A DNA stretch of 64,000 nt from Rhina ancylostomus (taxonomy: Eukaryota). The translations under genes were made by a program, and so were the position numbers. The DNA lies in contig JARFYF010000050.1 of the NCBI GenBank assembly GCA_030265395.1, forward strand, positions 17,667,051 through 17,731,050, written 5' to 3'. Shown here in pieces: positions 38,831 through 51,768 of the stretch (position 1 is its first letter; each line of letters opens with the position of its first letter). The notes beneath the pieces were generated by a model. That model was not told the DNA's origin and did not search any database. It saw only the letters and a program-made list of their open reading frames with translations.

Positions 38831-41274
38831 ATGAAGCTCCATATGTCAAAATGGGGTTGCAATTCTGTGGTGAATGAATGGAAATTCTGATGTCCAACTC
38901 AATTACCTTTGTATCGCACAGATGGTCATTAAATCCATTGTCATAGCAAAGGCAGATTGATGCAGAGAAACAATTTTAAAATTTCAAAGGAATGTGTTTA
39001 CTTTTAATGAAAAATGTTTATTTATGTTGCTGGGGCCTAATTCTCATGCAACTAAAATACTATATTATGGAGCCAATGAGATCCTTGGAAGAGAAATAAT
39101 TAATAATTTACTGGCTATAAATATATTGTGATGGAACTAATGCCTGCTGCTTGTGCATAATTGAATTATGTTGGTATCAGCAAGATTTTAACATAATTAA
39201 AGAAGTTGTGCAATTAAGTGATATGATACAGAGACTGATTCCCATCACAGACCTCTCTGGAAATCGTGCAATTCTTTCTCACCTGTTTTATTAATAAGAG
39301 CCATCAACATTCAGAATAAGACCTGCCTCCGCTCCACTTAATACAGAAAGGAATCTGGGATCATAAGTTAATAATGTGGTATTGTTGAAGAAACATAAAT
39401 ACAGATCAGCACTCGACAGTGGCAATAAGAATGATTCTCAAAGTGCAAGTTTTCAAGATATTTCTTTTAAGAATAACATGAGCTAAGTTGGATTTTAAGT
39501 TATTCTTTTTGTAAGGGTAAGTCTCTGAGAAATATCATGAAATCAGAGTACAGGCAGTACCTGGGTTACATATGTGTTCTTCTCCTGAGAACTGTAACCG
39601 ATTTCTCCATGTTAGAAGCATTCGTTGTCCATGGCTACACATATCTTATCACTCTACATACATGTAACATAATTTTTTCATTTCTTTGAATAATCACCCT
39701 AATACTATGCATAAGTAAAATAATGTTATATACTGTATTCAGTCATTTTAATATTAATACTAGTTTGAAAAATGCTTTACAAATATGTGGAAGAATTTGC
39801 GTAAAGTCAGATTTCCCTAAGTCGGGTCATTCATAACCTGAGGAGCTCCTGTATATCACAAATGCAAAACAAGCTGTCTCTCAGCTACTCCATTGGAGTG
39901 TTACTGTAAACTAGCATCGCATATTGCAGCACTGAACAGTAAAGGTCTGAGAGATTGTACTACTTTGCATGTAACCAGTGGTATTCTTAAACAAGCAAAA
40001 ACATGAAAATGTTATGTAAATAACTGGTAAATATTTGCCCCTTTAATTTGCTATCTCATCAAAGCAGTGCATTCTTCTTTTCTAATGGTAGAGTGTGCTT
40101 GCAGTTACTTGCATGGACTGCGACTGATGCAATGTCATGTTCTGTGGGACTTGCTTCTTTGCATTTAGGCAATGGCAGACACTTGTCACACTTCTCCAAA
40201 TCTGCCTGGCTGGAGGCTGTTAATATTTCACTATCATGTCCTCATCGATTTCATCACTGGGATTGTTTGGTACTTAAGGTCTTTTCCATAAATTCTTGTG
40301 CAGGGAATGTGGCAAAATTTAATCAATGTCTGTAAAATTGCTGAGCACTCAAAAAAGCTTACATGTCAGCCATCTATCCAGCAAAGAGTTACATTGCAGA
40401 CCAGTTCCTGAATAACTGCCTCTATACTGCCATTCCATTGCATGGAAGAATCCCAAATTATGCAAAAATGTATTCTGTAGAAATGTTAGCTTCAGGAATG
40501 GCTGAATGGGGATATGATCCTCAATAAACATTTACCTTATTTTATTTTGCATTTTGCTTGGCACAGTTTCTGTTATTTTGGAACCTATTGTAATTCTACC
40601 TGTCAAGGCGAAAAATAATTTGCCCTAAAAGGGTTAAAAGTATTCCAAATATTAAAAAAAACATCGGGAACACTAATTTTACATGGTCTAATTCTTTTCA
40701 CTGAGAATAAAATTCATCATTTTAATTCACGAATGGATGCCTTTTACAACAAGCACATCCCATAATCTGAATTGCCAGTCAGGAACACACGGAGGCAGTT
40801 AGGGAAATGCAATGGATTGAGGAAGTTCTGCTTCAATAGATTCAGAAAAAGCTACTTTTATTTCCATGAAGCTTTAAGTACTTTTATTTCCATAAAGCTT
40901 TATTTCCATAAAGTTAAAATTGTCAGAACCAAATCTTAGGACTGAAATCTGCAGCTGTATAAAGCTGAAACATTTAACTTCTGGCTTCTTTAAAATGCCG
41001 ATTAGTGTTGCGTTCATTTGAAATATTTTCTGATTTTGAGCACCAGTCATTGGACTAGACACCCACTTAGTGGAGCCATATATTGGTGAGATGTACATTA
41101 ACAACTTGTGGGCTAATGATTGAAACACAGCTCTATTCACCTGAAAATTTGATCCTACTACAGCCTTTAAATATCCACTATTGGCTGAGCTAAAATTTCT
41201 TACAGATAAATATTGGAAAGATATCCTATTCTATAATCTTTTGACTTCATTCATCTCCTGAAGCTGAACCAATA

Positions 41275-41855
41275 TATTTGCAACCTTGATGTTGTACTTG
41301 ACCACATATTCACTCTATCACCAGTATCCAAGGTATTGCCCAAAACCATCCCAACCTCAGCTCATCTGGTCCTGAAGCTTTCAGCCATGCCACTGTCACC
41401 TCCATTCTTGACCATTCCAGCTCAAGCTTCCTTTCTTCCACCTCCCATAAACTTAAGCTTCTCCAAAACTCTTCTCTCCATTTTATAACTCGTACCAAGT
41501 TGTTTTCAGCCATCACCCTATCCTTGCTGACCTGCATTAGTTCCCTCTTCAGCAATACCTCAGTTATTCGATATTCATTCTGTTTTTGACCCTCTCCATA
41601 GTCTTGCTCTATCTTATCCCTGTATCCTCCCATAGCATCACAATCCTCTAAGATATCTGTGGTCCTCCAATTCTGTGTTCTTCCCATCCTTTATTTTTGG
41701 CATTCCAGCATTGGCAACCATTCCTTTAGTTATGCTAGCCCTGGAATTCCCTCCAAACATCCCCACGTTTTACCATCTTCACTCTTATAAAACACTCCTT
41801 AAAGCCACCTCTTCAACCAAGCTTATGGTTACCTGTCCTCTTCTCTCTTTCTGCC
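41275..41855 (+). mobile_element. L2 LINE 3' fragment
   Basis: Decayed NLGV.FD, LSSS..E...HA.VTS.LD.S and LQLLQNS motifs, ending ..aaaacactccttaaagccacctcttcaaccaagct (KTLLKATS). Confidence 0.7.
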
Positions 41856-41856
41856 G

Positions 41857-42286
41857 TAGAGTCATAGAGCACAGAAACAGGACCTTCGACCTACTGATTC
41901 CAAGCACCAACTATAAAGCATCTATTTACACTAATCCCATTTTATTTTCCCTACATCCCCATCAACTCCTCCCCAGATTCTACCATTCAGCTGCACTTGG
42001 AGCAATTTACAGTGGTCAATTAACCTACCAACCCTCTTGTCACTGGGATGTGGGAGGAAACAGGAGCACCTGGAGGAAATCCACACAATCACAGAGAGAA
42101 CATGCAAACTCAGTGGAGATCAGGATTACACTTGGGCCATTAAGTCATACAATGTGAAAATAGCCGACCAGTGGGCACCCATTTGTTTTAAGCCCCTATG
42201 CCGGCACTTGGCCTGTGGAGAGGATTGGCATAAGGTCAGTGTTGTGTGAGGCTGCAGCCCTATGAGCTGCACCACTGTGCCACCCA
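41857..42286 (-). mobile_element. HE1-like V-SINE with CR1 tail
   Basis: Tail tagagtcatagagcacagaaacagg, V-domain tgtgggaggaaacaggagcacctggagg, head ..ctgcaccactgtgccaccc. Confidence 0.8.
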
Positions 42287-44329
42287 CGTGACTTGACATC
42301 AAATTTTGTTTGAGGATCCTCCTGCATGCTGCCTTGAAACTTTTTATCAGACTAAATGTGCCATATATGCTTATTGCTATTTTCATTTAAAGCCTTCATT
42401 CCTCACAAGCTCAAGTTTTGAAAGATGCAAACCGCTTCTGGAGCACTGAGGACAAGAGAGAGCACCTGGGACCCCAGTGAATGATGGGCCCAACACTTCA
42501 CTTCCATAACCAAGAGATTTAAGTTTTGATGAAAGAACAGGAATAATGGAAAAGGGAATAGTTTAGTTTAGAGTCAAATCATGTTCTTCCAGCAAGTTTT
42601 AGCACAGAAATGTTTGAGCTGACAGTGAGAAATTGCTTAACCGGCCTGTCATCAGGTGTCCCACTTAATCAATTACCACATATTAGTAATTTCAACTCCA
42701 AGTTGATCTTTTGAACCTACGAAACAGATTTATTGCCCTGTGTTGAAAATGAAAGTAAGCATACCCTGTGGCATTTGGGAGGGAAGGGATGGGGGTGGTG
42801 ATTAGGGAAAGGCAAAAGAATCTGATTGATGGAAGGTACATTCTATAATTTGCTAGTTATTATGGCCATCTCTATTCAGGAGTTTGCATCTCATATTATT
42901 GATGAAAATTACTTGCAAACAGGCTAGCTATCTGTAACAGGCATTGTAACAGAGAAGATCTTCTAATGTCCTAAGGTCCTGTCCACCTTCGCCTGGACCA
43001 CTGTTTGTTCTAGCGTGCTCCTGAGTGCAATTTTCTACTGGGAGCCTGACCCACAGCATTTTAGCATAGCAAGAGTGTAGTGTAGGGACTGGCTCAGCCA
43101 ACTGTGCTCACAGAAGAGCTGTGACTGCCAGTGAGGCCTTGTTCTCAGGCCCACCAGCTCTCAAACCTGTCACTCTTATTGAGTGGTGTTAAAATTAATT
43201 TAACAGCATTTTTTTATTTTACTTCTATAAGCTAAAAACACGCAGGCACGCACGTATGCATATGCACACAAAATAATTATAAACATTGAAACTCATTTAA
43301 TTCTATGATAAAATAAGCTCCATTTACCTTTCTCTGGTAGCTGATTCCACCCTTTCATTACAGATTACTGAACTTCCTGCAAGCTAGCCGGGTACAGAAT
43401 CAGTGAGTAGGCTGCCTGGCCAGTGGAAGTTCCTGCCGCCCTGCTTGACTCCAGAAGGGTCCACCAGCACAGCATTAGGGCAGCCAGCAGCCCCACAGGC
43501 AACAGGGCAGAGCATGTTGCCCNNNNNNNNNNNNNNNNNNNNNNNNNNNNNNNNNNNNNNNNNNNNNNNNNNNNNNNNNNNNNNNNNNNNNNNNNNNNNN
43601 NNNNNNNNNNNNNNNNNNNNNNNNNNNNNNNNNNNNNNNNNNNNNNNNNNNNNNNNNNNNNNNNNNNNNNNNNNNNNNNNNNNNNNNNNNNNNNNNNNNN
43701 NNNNNNNNNNNNNNNNNNNNNNNNNNNNNNNNNNNNNNNNNNNNNNNNNNNNNNNNNNNNNNNNNNNNNNNNNNNNNNNNNNNNNNNNNNNNNNNNNNNN
43801 NNNNNNNNNNNNNNNNNNNNNNNNNNNNNNNNNNNNNNNNNNNNNNNNNNNNNNNNNNNNNNNNNNNNNNNNNNNNNNNNNNNNNNNNNNNNNNNNNNNN
43901 NNNNNNNNNNNNNNNNNNNNNNNNNNNNNNNNNNNNNNNNNNNNNNNNNNNNNNNNNNNNNNNNNNNNNCAATAGGGTGGTATTTAATCCATTCTGAACA
44001 ACTCCAGTTCTGTCCTCCAGGTAATCAGATTGATTCGAACAGTGTTTAGTGCCACTAACTAAACTAATTAGTTATTATTGACAACATCCAGTATTGTGAT
44101 GAAAGCATGCTTTTCACTGAAGCGCTGTCAGTTCAAACACTAAAACACTGACAGTTGGCCATTGTGATGTTCTAGGTCATTCAACAATGCTGCTGGATTT
44201 CAGGGATGTGAGGGAAGCCATAATGTGATGGCTTGGAATTGGAAAGTGAATGAATATGTGATTCCAGTATAGAGGTTGCATTATGTTCTATTTAGTGGTG
44301 ATGGGAGATGATGTCTGATCTTTGACCTC

Positions 44330-44552
44330 AGTGCCACATTCCTCTGCTTACCCCATAATGATTAAAACCTAAAACTCTGCTGATCACTTTCTTGAATGTA
44401 CTCAGCAACTTTGATGCGCAGGCAAACAGGGTACAGAATTCCAAATATTTACTCCCCTTTTGGTGAAGAGTCTCTTTTGCATCCCTGTTTTGAATGCCAG
44501 CTCTTTATCCTGGTTCCAGATATCCAAGCTAGAGGGCACATCATCCCTGCAT
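44330..44552 (-). mobile_element. Old CR1 3' fragment
   Basis: cagggtacagaattccaaatatttactcccctttggtgaagag (reverse RV.N.WNS) and cctggttccagatatccaagctag. Confidence 0.55.
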
Positions 44553-44716
44553 TGCCCTGCCAGTAGCTGTGAACAAGTAATTCAAATTAACATGTCATGA
44601 AGTACTCATATATAAAGGAATACTTTAAGCTGCCAATAAACCAGTGGTATATCTTGATACCATTTCCATTGTTGCAGCCATAACAGTTGAGAATCAAGAG
44701 TTCGCCTACCCATAGT

Positions 44717-45062
44717 CATTAGCACAACGCTATTACAGCGCCAGCAATCGGGGTTCAATTCCCGTCGCTGTCTGTAAGGAGTTTGTACGTTCTCCTGTNN
44801 NNNNNNNNNNNNNNNNNNNNNNNNNNNNNNNNNNNNNNNNNNNNNNNNNNNNNNNNNNNNNNNNNNNNNNNNNNNNNNNNNNNNNNNNNNNNNNNNNNGT
44901 AAGGAGTTTGTACGTTCTCCTGTGTCTGCGTGGGTTTCCTCCGGGTGCTCTGGTTTCCTCCCACATTCTAAAAGACGTACGAGTAGGTTAATTTGGGGTT
45001 TAAAAATGGGCAGCGTGGACTAGTTGGGCCAGAAGGGCCTGTTACCACGCTGTAAATTAAAT
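44717..45062 (+). mobile_element. V-SINE with CR1-type tail (contains gap)
   Basis: Same head, body and tail as 5711-5940. Confidence 0.88.
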
Positions 45063-45343
45063 ATAATATACTCTGCAGTTAGAAATAATTGAGCTTTGTC
45101 CAACTCCTGGTTAAACTTATAATGTTGCTCAAGAGCTTACAGCAAGTTCATTTTTATTTAAAATGAGAACTGTAATGTTGATCAAATCATCTAATTCCTG
45201 TAAAACCTGGCATCTTAATTGACTGCAGTTCACTACACTGACAAAGTGACGTGATTTTTTTATTTGTTTGCAGTTCCTGTTCATCTTGTATTTTTAATAA
45301 TCTGAAGTTTTCCTTCTTGAGAATCAGAGATGCAGTGTAATGA

Positions 45344-45760
45344 AGACCTGCATTTATATATTGCCCTTTGCATTCCTTTCAGGACATCCCAAAGCACTTG
45401 GCAGCCAATGAATAACATTTGAGGCATAGTCACTTCTATAATGTTAGAAAATGACAGCCAGTTTGTGCAGAATAAACCCCTACCAGCAATAAGGTAATGA
45501 CCAAAGAAGTTGTTTGTTAGTAATGCTGAGTGAGGAATACATATTGGCCAGGACACCAGGGGTTGCTCTTCTAGTTCTCATCCAAATAATGTCATTTAAT
45601 CTTTCGAATCCAACAGAGAAGGCAGGTGTTGGAACAATTCATCTTAAGGGTGCCACTGGCAAAAACGCAGGACTCCTTCAGTACTGCACTGGAATGCCGG
45701 CTAAGATTTTTGTATTCTGGTTTTGGAGCCCACAGTCAGTGCTTCTAACTGAGCTATTTT
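45344..45760 (-). mobile_element. Near full-length Deu-domain SINE (SacSINE1/AmnSINE1-like)
   Basis: ctgcatttatatattgcccttt..caggacatcccaaagcacttggcagccaatgaa..ggccaggacaccagggg..actccttcagtactgcactggaatg..aactgagcta is the reverse complement of the Deu-SINE tail, core and head. Confidence 0.75.
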
Positions 45761-46311
45761 TGACTGATGCCAGTAAACTTGATCCTCTTAGAACAACTTA
45801 CATTGTACATTGAAAATGAACAAAATATTTGATCACATTTGAGATGAATTGAGTTCTCGTAATACTGCAGATTGGTGATTTGAACTGAGACCTTCTGAAA
45901 ACAATCTATCATCAGAGCATCTGGCTGTCTTTCCTTGGGCCATTCTGAGCTATTTAAACAATGCAGTAAATCAAAGATCTGTTACAATGAGGTTTTATTT
46001 CTAAAGGATGGCTGTACAAGGAGCCTTGAAGAATATCAATGTATTCATTGTGAGATTCTTCACATGTTGCTAGTTTAGACTGCCAGCTGGCAAACAGAGT
46101 GAGTCGGATAGAGGACACAAAAGTATAAAACTGGGCAGCTTGCCATGGTTTGATCAGATCATTCGGAGGAAGAGAACGCTGCATGTTGGCAACGGTTCAG
46201 CAGCTGTGCATATGCAGATTACAGTACTTAGAAATTTAAAAAAGAGCATCATTGCAAAAAAACCAAACTTCTTCATGATCTCCGACAGAGTCATTTTGTG
46301 TTTCCTTTCAG

Positions 46312-46418
46312 ATACCTGATCCCGTCATTGGATCGGTCCCATGCTGGATTTTACCGCTGTATCGTGAGGAATCGTGTTGGAGCACTGATGCAAAGGAAGA
46401 CAGAAGTGCAGGTGGCAT
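46312..46418 (+). CDS. SDK2: Sidekick-2 internal coding exon (probably exon 3; C-terminal half of Ig domain 1)
   Basis: tttcctttcag|a tac ctg ... gtg gca t|gtaagt. 107 bp, phase 2 to 1, translating [35 protein letters not shown]. Closely matches vertebrate SDK2 as recalled ([31 protein letters not shown]). Confidence 0.95.
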
Positions 46419-47837
46419 GTAAGTTGGCCCAGCAGGATGGATGAGACTAAGGTTGCAGAGGGGCATCTGCTGTGTTGTCCTTGGTAGATGACGTGACATC
46501 AACAGATGAAATGTCCAATTTAGCATATATAAAAACATTTTCTCTAAGTTCACCCTGCTAGTTACTGCCAGTGGATAGAATTTTGGGAATGAGAAGAGTG
46601 ACAGTTTGATTATGAGACCCTGAGGGAAACTGTAAATGCTTGAAGAAAACTTTGCAAACAGCCATTTTGCTGATGTTAGTGGAGATCTAAATCTAAAAAA
46701 AATAATTAAGCAGAGAATAACGAAAGTAATGACTCTTTGGGCAATTCTTTTGTCTTCTCAGCTAAGGCTACAACATATCAAGTCCTTTTCTACTGCTCAT
46801 CAAATAGTTCTATTTAGAACAGTACTGCCCTGAATTTCATTTCCTATACATGTGGCTTCCTTTCTTATACTCGAGAAACCTTGAGGGAATTTCTGGTACC
46901 AAAGCCCTTCATTCTGTAGTAACCCGAAATTAAAATTGGGTTAAATAACAAATTAGGGTCATGTTGGAAGTACAGTTAATATTTATGCAAAGCATTTGAA
47001 ATTTTCCAGAGCATTTATGGAACTCAGTTGAGTCATGTTACAAATTGTGTTGACATCTACCTCTTATTGTGAATCCTGCCACTCACAGAAGCAAGATTTA
47101 GCAATGCATTGGAAATGTCAGCACAATTCGTAAACACAGTGTGTATTTAATATTCTCAGTCTCAGCTTTTAATGTATCAGTGTCATCTAATCTGAGTGCT
47201 TTGCAGAGTCACTTTGTCTTACAAGCCTATTTAGTTCCAAATTTATGCAGGTATCACATTCCACTTGTATCCCATCTAGAGCTGCCTGAACCTGGAAAAG
47301 AAACTCAAAGGGTAGAGGTTTCTGGAGGGGTAATCTCCAAACTGACTTCTAGGATGTTGTCATTTATCAGATTAAATGAAATGCCTCTAGAACGGGATAG
47401 TCTTTCCTTTGGATTTTTGTCATCTCAGCCACCTCAAGGGAAAACAGCAACTTAAGATGGTTTGAAATAGCTTTCAACATACACATGTCACTATCTTTCA
47501 TTCAAATCATTATTTTTAGAGGTATATTCATGTAAAAAAACCTCTCCAGCCCATTCCTGCCTACTAAGTTTTGTTCTTCATGCTACTTCTTTTCTCATAC
47601 TTTTCTGCATAACACACTGGGTTGCTTTAGACCCCCTTCACATTCAAATTAACCTAATGGTGGGGCTTCACTTATAGATTTACCTAAACTATTTTCTATT
47701 GCTTCAGTATTCAGTAGCATGAAAAATGAACAAAGTGACTGGTAAAATGGGTTAAAAATCAATGCAAATGTGCAAAGAGAAAGAAGTAGATGAAAGAATT
47801 CTTTGCCTTTTTGTAATGGTTTTCATTTTCCTAAGCT

Positions 47838-47925
47838 CCACAGCTAATGGCATACTTCTGAAGTGACCTCATATTTCTCGTTTAAGAAGTGCAGCAGCCA
47901 ATTTGCACACAGCAAGTTCCTACAG
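47838..47925 (-). mobile_element. Deu-SINE fragment
   Basis: cacagctaatggcatacttctgaagtg..gcagccaatttgcacacagcaagttcc, the same segment as 33363-33385. Confidence 0.55.
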
Positions 47926-48835
47926 CCTTTTCATTTAGAGGCGAGACTACTTCCAGCTGAGATATAGATGACATGCTTTCTTCAAATGGACAGATGTACC
48001 TTTATTCAAACCAATTTTCTGTAACCCAGGACTGATTATCATTGGAAGCTTCTCATTCCTCTGGTTGCTTTTAATGCTAATAATTTAATAATATAGTATG
48101 TGGACTTTCCATATATGTATACTCCAGAAATCTGAAACACCAGGTCCCCACAAGAGACATAGCATTACATTAAGTAGAGCTTTACAGCCCTAAGATCAAC
48201 ATGCTAATATATTTTAAAGTCTTCATTATTCTAAGTCAACATGTCTTTACAGCGTAAACTGTGAAATGATGGCATGGAGACAATTGCATGAATTTAGCAG
48301 ACAGGAGAAAGCAGCAGACTTGTGAAGAGAGCGACAGTTGCCACAGGATATCCCTTTACACTGCTGTGCTTCCTTTCCCACATCTCTATTTAGTCAGCAG
48401 ATTTTTATTCATGTCCAAAGTTAATGGGCAACACAGCAGGTTGATCTGAGATGGATTCTGTGCATTTATATGCTATGATAGAACATAAGAGTCTAAAATT
48501 TGGATCAATTAGTGCTCAGCTTTCTGATCAAATCAGACAAAAATCAATGTAACCTGGTGTAGGTCACCCTAACAATCATGTCCTGGTGAAATCACACCCA
48601 TCATGAAATTTGAACAGCCCCCTGTGTCTAGGTGAGCATACCTGAAGTTTTCCTGGTATTACATGTGCACTTAATGAGATCACCATTCACAAACTGACCA
48701 TTTCCTGCCTTACCAACATAAGTTGGAGGTTAAAGATGTAGCTTATGATTGTCATGAAACAGTCTCAGTACAACTATTACACTGCACTACATTGATGATT
48801 ATGTTCTTCTTTAAAGAGAATTTTATTGATATCAG

Positions 48836-49205
48836 GAGACCTAAAGACCAGAAAGACCCCACCCACCCAGCACATTCTTCCCTCTCTTCTGACTGGGCAG
48901 AAGATACAAAAGCCTGAAAGCACGTAGCAGCAGGCTCAAGGACAGCTTCTATCCCACAGTTATAAGACTATTGAATGGTTTCCTAATACAATAAAATGGG
49001 CTCTTGACCTCGTTATGACCTTGCACCTTATTGTCTGCATGCACTGCCCTTTCTCTGTAGCTGTTACACTTCATTCTGCATTCTGTTATTGTTTTACTTT
49101 ATATCACCTCGATACACTGTGTAATGAATTGATCTGCATAAACAGTATGTAAGACAAGTTTTTCACTGTCCCTCTGTACATGTGACAAAACTAATCCAAT
49201 TCAAT
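48836..49205 (+). mobile_element. Rex1/Babar-like LINE 3' end
   Basis: Frameshifted KDPTHPAHS..GRRYKSLKARSSRLKDSFYPTVIRLLN, the Rex1/Babar ORF C-terminus, followed by a 3' UTR and a (caatt)n tail. Confidence 0.82.
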
Positions 49206-49769
49206 TCATAACTGCAACTTTGAAACTAGGGCACCTTGCAACATCTATAGTGTGTGCTAAAGCTAACAATAATTGTTTCCCCAACATTTAGCAGGTGGTG
49301 TACTCTTTCAATGTCTGTCTTTATGTTGACACTACTGGTGCATGCCTTCAGCTACCTTCCTAAGGTATGGCAGGATCTGCAGCAATGGCAGCAGCTGCCA
49401 CACAGGTGTCAATTTTCTCTGCACAATGAAGGATATGACTTGAAATAAATGAGGGCATGCTTCAACTGTGCTAATTTGTCCAAAACATTTATAACAATAA
49501 TGAAAAAATCAAGTCCAAACACCGAAAATCGTGATAGTTGAGGCTAATCTTTAATGCACTAATGCCATTCCTGTTTCACAACCTTGTACGTGGGATTTGA
49601 TTTTTCAGTTATATGTTCCCACTTTGGCTCTGTGTCTGCCAACTCCATTTTGCTGTGAGTCCACATGGACGTTATTGATAACACGAGAAGCGTTTGCCTT
49701 AAATGGACCAACTTCAGACTGCTACCTAGGCTAACTGAGTGAGCAGTCTAGAATAGCCAACTGTGGAAC

Positions 49770-51215
49770 ATTGGTGAGTGCTCTGCCCGAGGGGCTGCAG
49801 TGGAAGGTGCCTTTGTGCCCTAATGAGGGGGAATGCCAATTCCTAAACCTGCAAAACAGGCAACTTCGCAAGGAACTGGATAGAGAACAGTGCAAGGTGC
49901 AGAATGCATTCAGACTGCTCCACCATCGTTTCAATCTCCAAATTCAGAGTTGACCCAACCAACAGATCTACTCTTTGCTGTCCTCACCCTCCTCAGAAAC
50001 AGCCCTCTGCACAATCTGAGCAAGGTTCTGCTCATGATAAAGAGGAGCGTCAATGTGGAGTGAATGTCTCTACTCCGGCAGGAGAAAGGCAAATGACACG
50101 TGCAGTAATTCTGTTCCTGTGGCATTGTGATCTGTTCACATGTGGCATCTCTCTCTTTATAAAGGAAAACACTCTGCTCACTTGCAGCATCTCCTTACTT
50201 GTGGATGGATAAAAACTGCTCATGGATTCAATCCCCATGTTCATTGAGAGCAACAATCTGCTCACAAATGGAAGCATACTGCTCAGTGAGAACTGTGATC
50301 TGCTTATCAAGCTGCTCCCTGGTGGCATATCCCCACCCTGGAGAACATCAGCCTGTTCTGGTGTGGCAGAAACATGGCTTCAAGGTAGATCTGGATGAGG
50401 ATACAAGAGACTGCAGATGCTGGAACCTGGGGCAACAAACAATCTGCTGGAGGAACTGCTTATCACCCTCTTAACTCACTCCAACTGCACCTTTCCCTCA
50501 CCACACCTGGCTCTACCTGCTTTTTTTTGTCTGCCTCCATCTATCATCCACGTGCCTCTGCATCACAACTCCTCAACTCCACTACTTGGCCCGATTTGCC
50601 CATTATCCTTCAACCTCCCTTGGTCCACCCATCACACACAGGCCCCTGTCTCCCTACTCTCCCCCTCTTCTTTATCCTGTCTGTCTTCCCTCTCCAACCC
50701 TATCCCTGATGCAGGGTCTTGATCCAAAACATCGACAATTCTTCTGCCCACCACAGATGCNNNNNGACCCGTTGAGTTCCTCCAGCAGATCGTTTGTTGC
50801 TCCAGATCAGGATCAGGCAGCATAGAAACAGTAAGACTTGGTCTGTCTGTGACACCTGAACCTGTGGCTGCTGTCTGATGGGATTGTTTTTAATTCCCAG
50901 CAAAGAGGTACATGTTACCTCTAGAGAGGAGGTCATGTCTTCTAGCTCTGCGTAACCTCCTGTGAGAGCTGGGAGAAGGACTCCTCCACGCTCCTTGTCA
51001 CTTCTTGCATTTAGCGCACTAACCACATTGCTTTGCAACCGTGTCAGCCTTGTCATGTTGGTGTGCCAATCATGGTCCTTACCTGGGGCCTCTGGGGCAG
51101 TAGAGATGCACAGATCCCTCACCAGGAACCCTTGGCACAGAGTACATCCTTCCTGATCTCTGTCTCCTGTACCAGTGCTTCATTTTCATGAATAAGTGCT
51201 TTCTCCCTCCCTCCT
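49770..51215. mobile_element. Harbinger/PIF DNA transposon fossil: Myb/SANT-like gene (- strand), possible transposase end (+ strand)
   Basis: Minus 51137-51208 reads REKALIHENEALVQETEIRKDVLC. Downstream NMTRLTR..ALNARSDKERGG..TGGYAELEDMTSSLEVTCTSLLG. Plus ORF 49771-49953 has CKVQNAFRLLHHRF (resembles VExAFGxLKxRF). Confidence 0.55.
50401..50803. mobile_element. Penelope-pLTR mini-element B (inverted arm, pyrimidine-rich UTR, pLTR)
   Basis: ctggggcaacaaacaatctgctggaggaact is inverse to agttcctccagcagatcgtttgttgctccag. Flanked by agatctggatgagg (50387-50400) and agatcaggatcagg (50804-50817). Confidence 0.82.
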
Positions 51216-51442
51216 GAAAATGAGCTACAGTGTGTGTTGCTGCTTCTCTTTCCATGGGGGAGTACACCTCTAAGGGCTGGTGCCCTTCTATTGATACTCT
51301 GTTAGTAGCTGTTGTAAAGTGAGGTGGATTCACCAGAAACCTCACATGTGTTGCACATTTCTGGGAGTGAAACGTTATTCATCTGAAGTTTTCACAGGCA
51401 GGATAAATGTGTCACACTTCAGCATGTTTAGCCATCTAAATC

Positions 51443-51768
51443 AGAGTTCCAGAGAGATACAGCACAGAAAAAGGCCTTGGCCCCACTGAGTTAACCATCC
51501 ATTTACACTCAGCCAATATTAATCCAATTTTTTATTCTCCACACATTCTCATCAACTGCCCCCAGATTCTACCACTCACTTACACACTGGGGACAATTAA
51601 TTATGCGCAATTAACCTACCAATCTGCATGTCATTGGGATATGGGAGGAAATCCATGCAGTCACAGTGAGAATGTGCAACATCCACACAGACAGCACCTG
51701 AGGTCAGGATTGAAACTGGATCTTTGGTGCTGTTAAGCAGTGACTCCACTCACTCTGCCTCCATGCTT
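51443..51768 (-). mobile_element. HE1-like V-SINE with CR1 tail
   Basis: Colinear with 41857-42286 (ccccagattctaccact, aattaacctacca, tgggaggaaa, gaggtcaggattgaa). Confidence 0.78.

Noticed and set aside
40856-40913. Three copies of tttatttccat[g/a]aag; also the 15-bp tandem at 54816-54845
   Set aside because: Ordinary slippage duplications. There is no regular repeat-spacer structure, so this is not CRISPR-like.
43187-43205. Near-palindrome tgttaaaattaatttaaca
   Set aside because: Short, AT-rich and imperfect, so expected by chance.
44774-44923. Repeated gtaaggagtttgtacgttctcctgt inside a SINE
   Set aside because: Same 100-N gap overlap artefact. Removing it restores a normal SINE.
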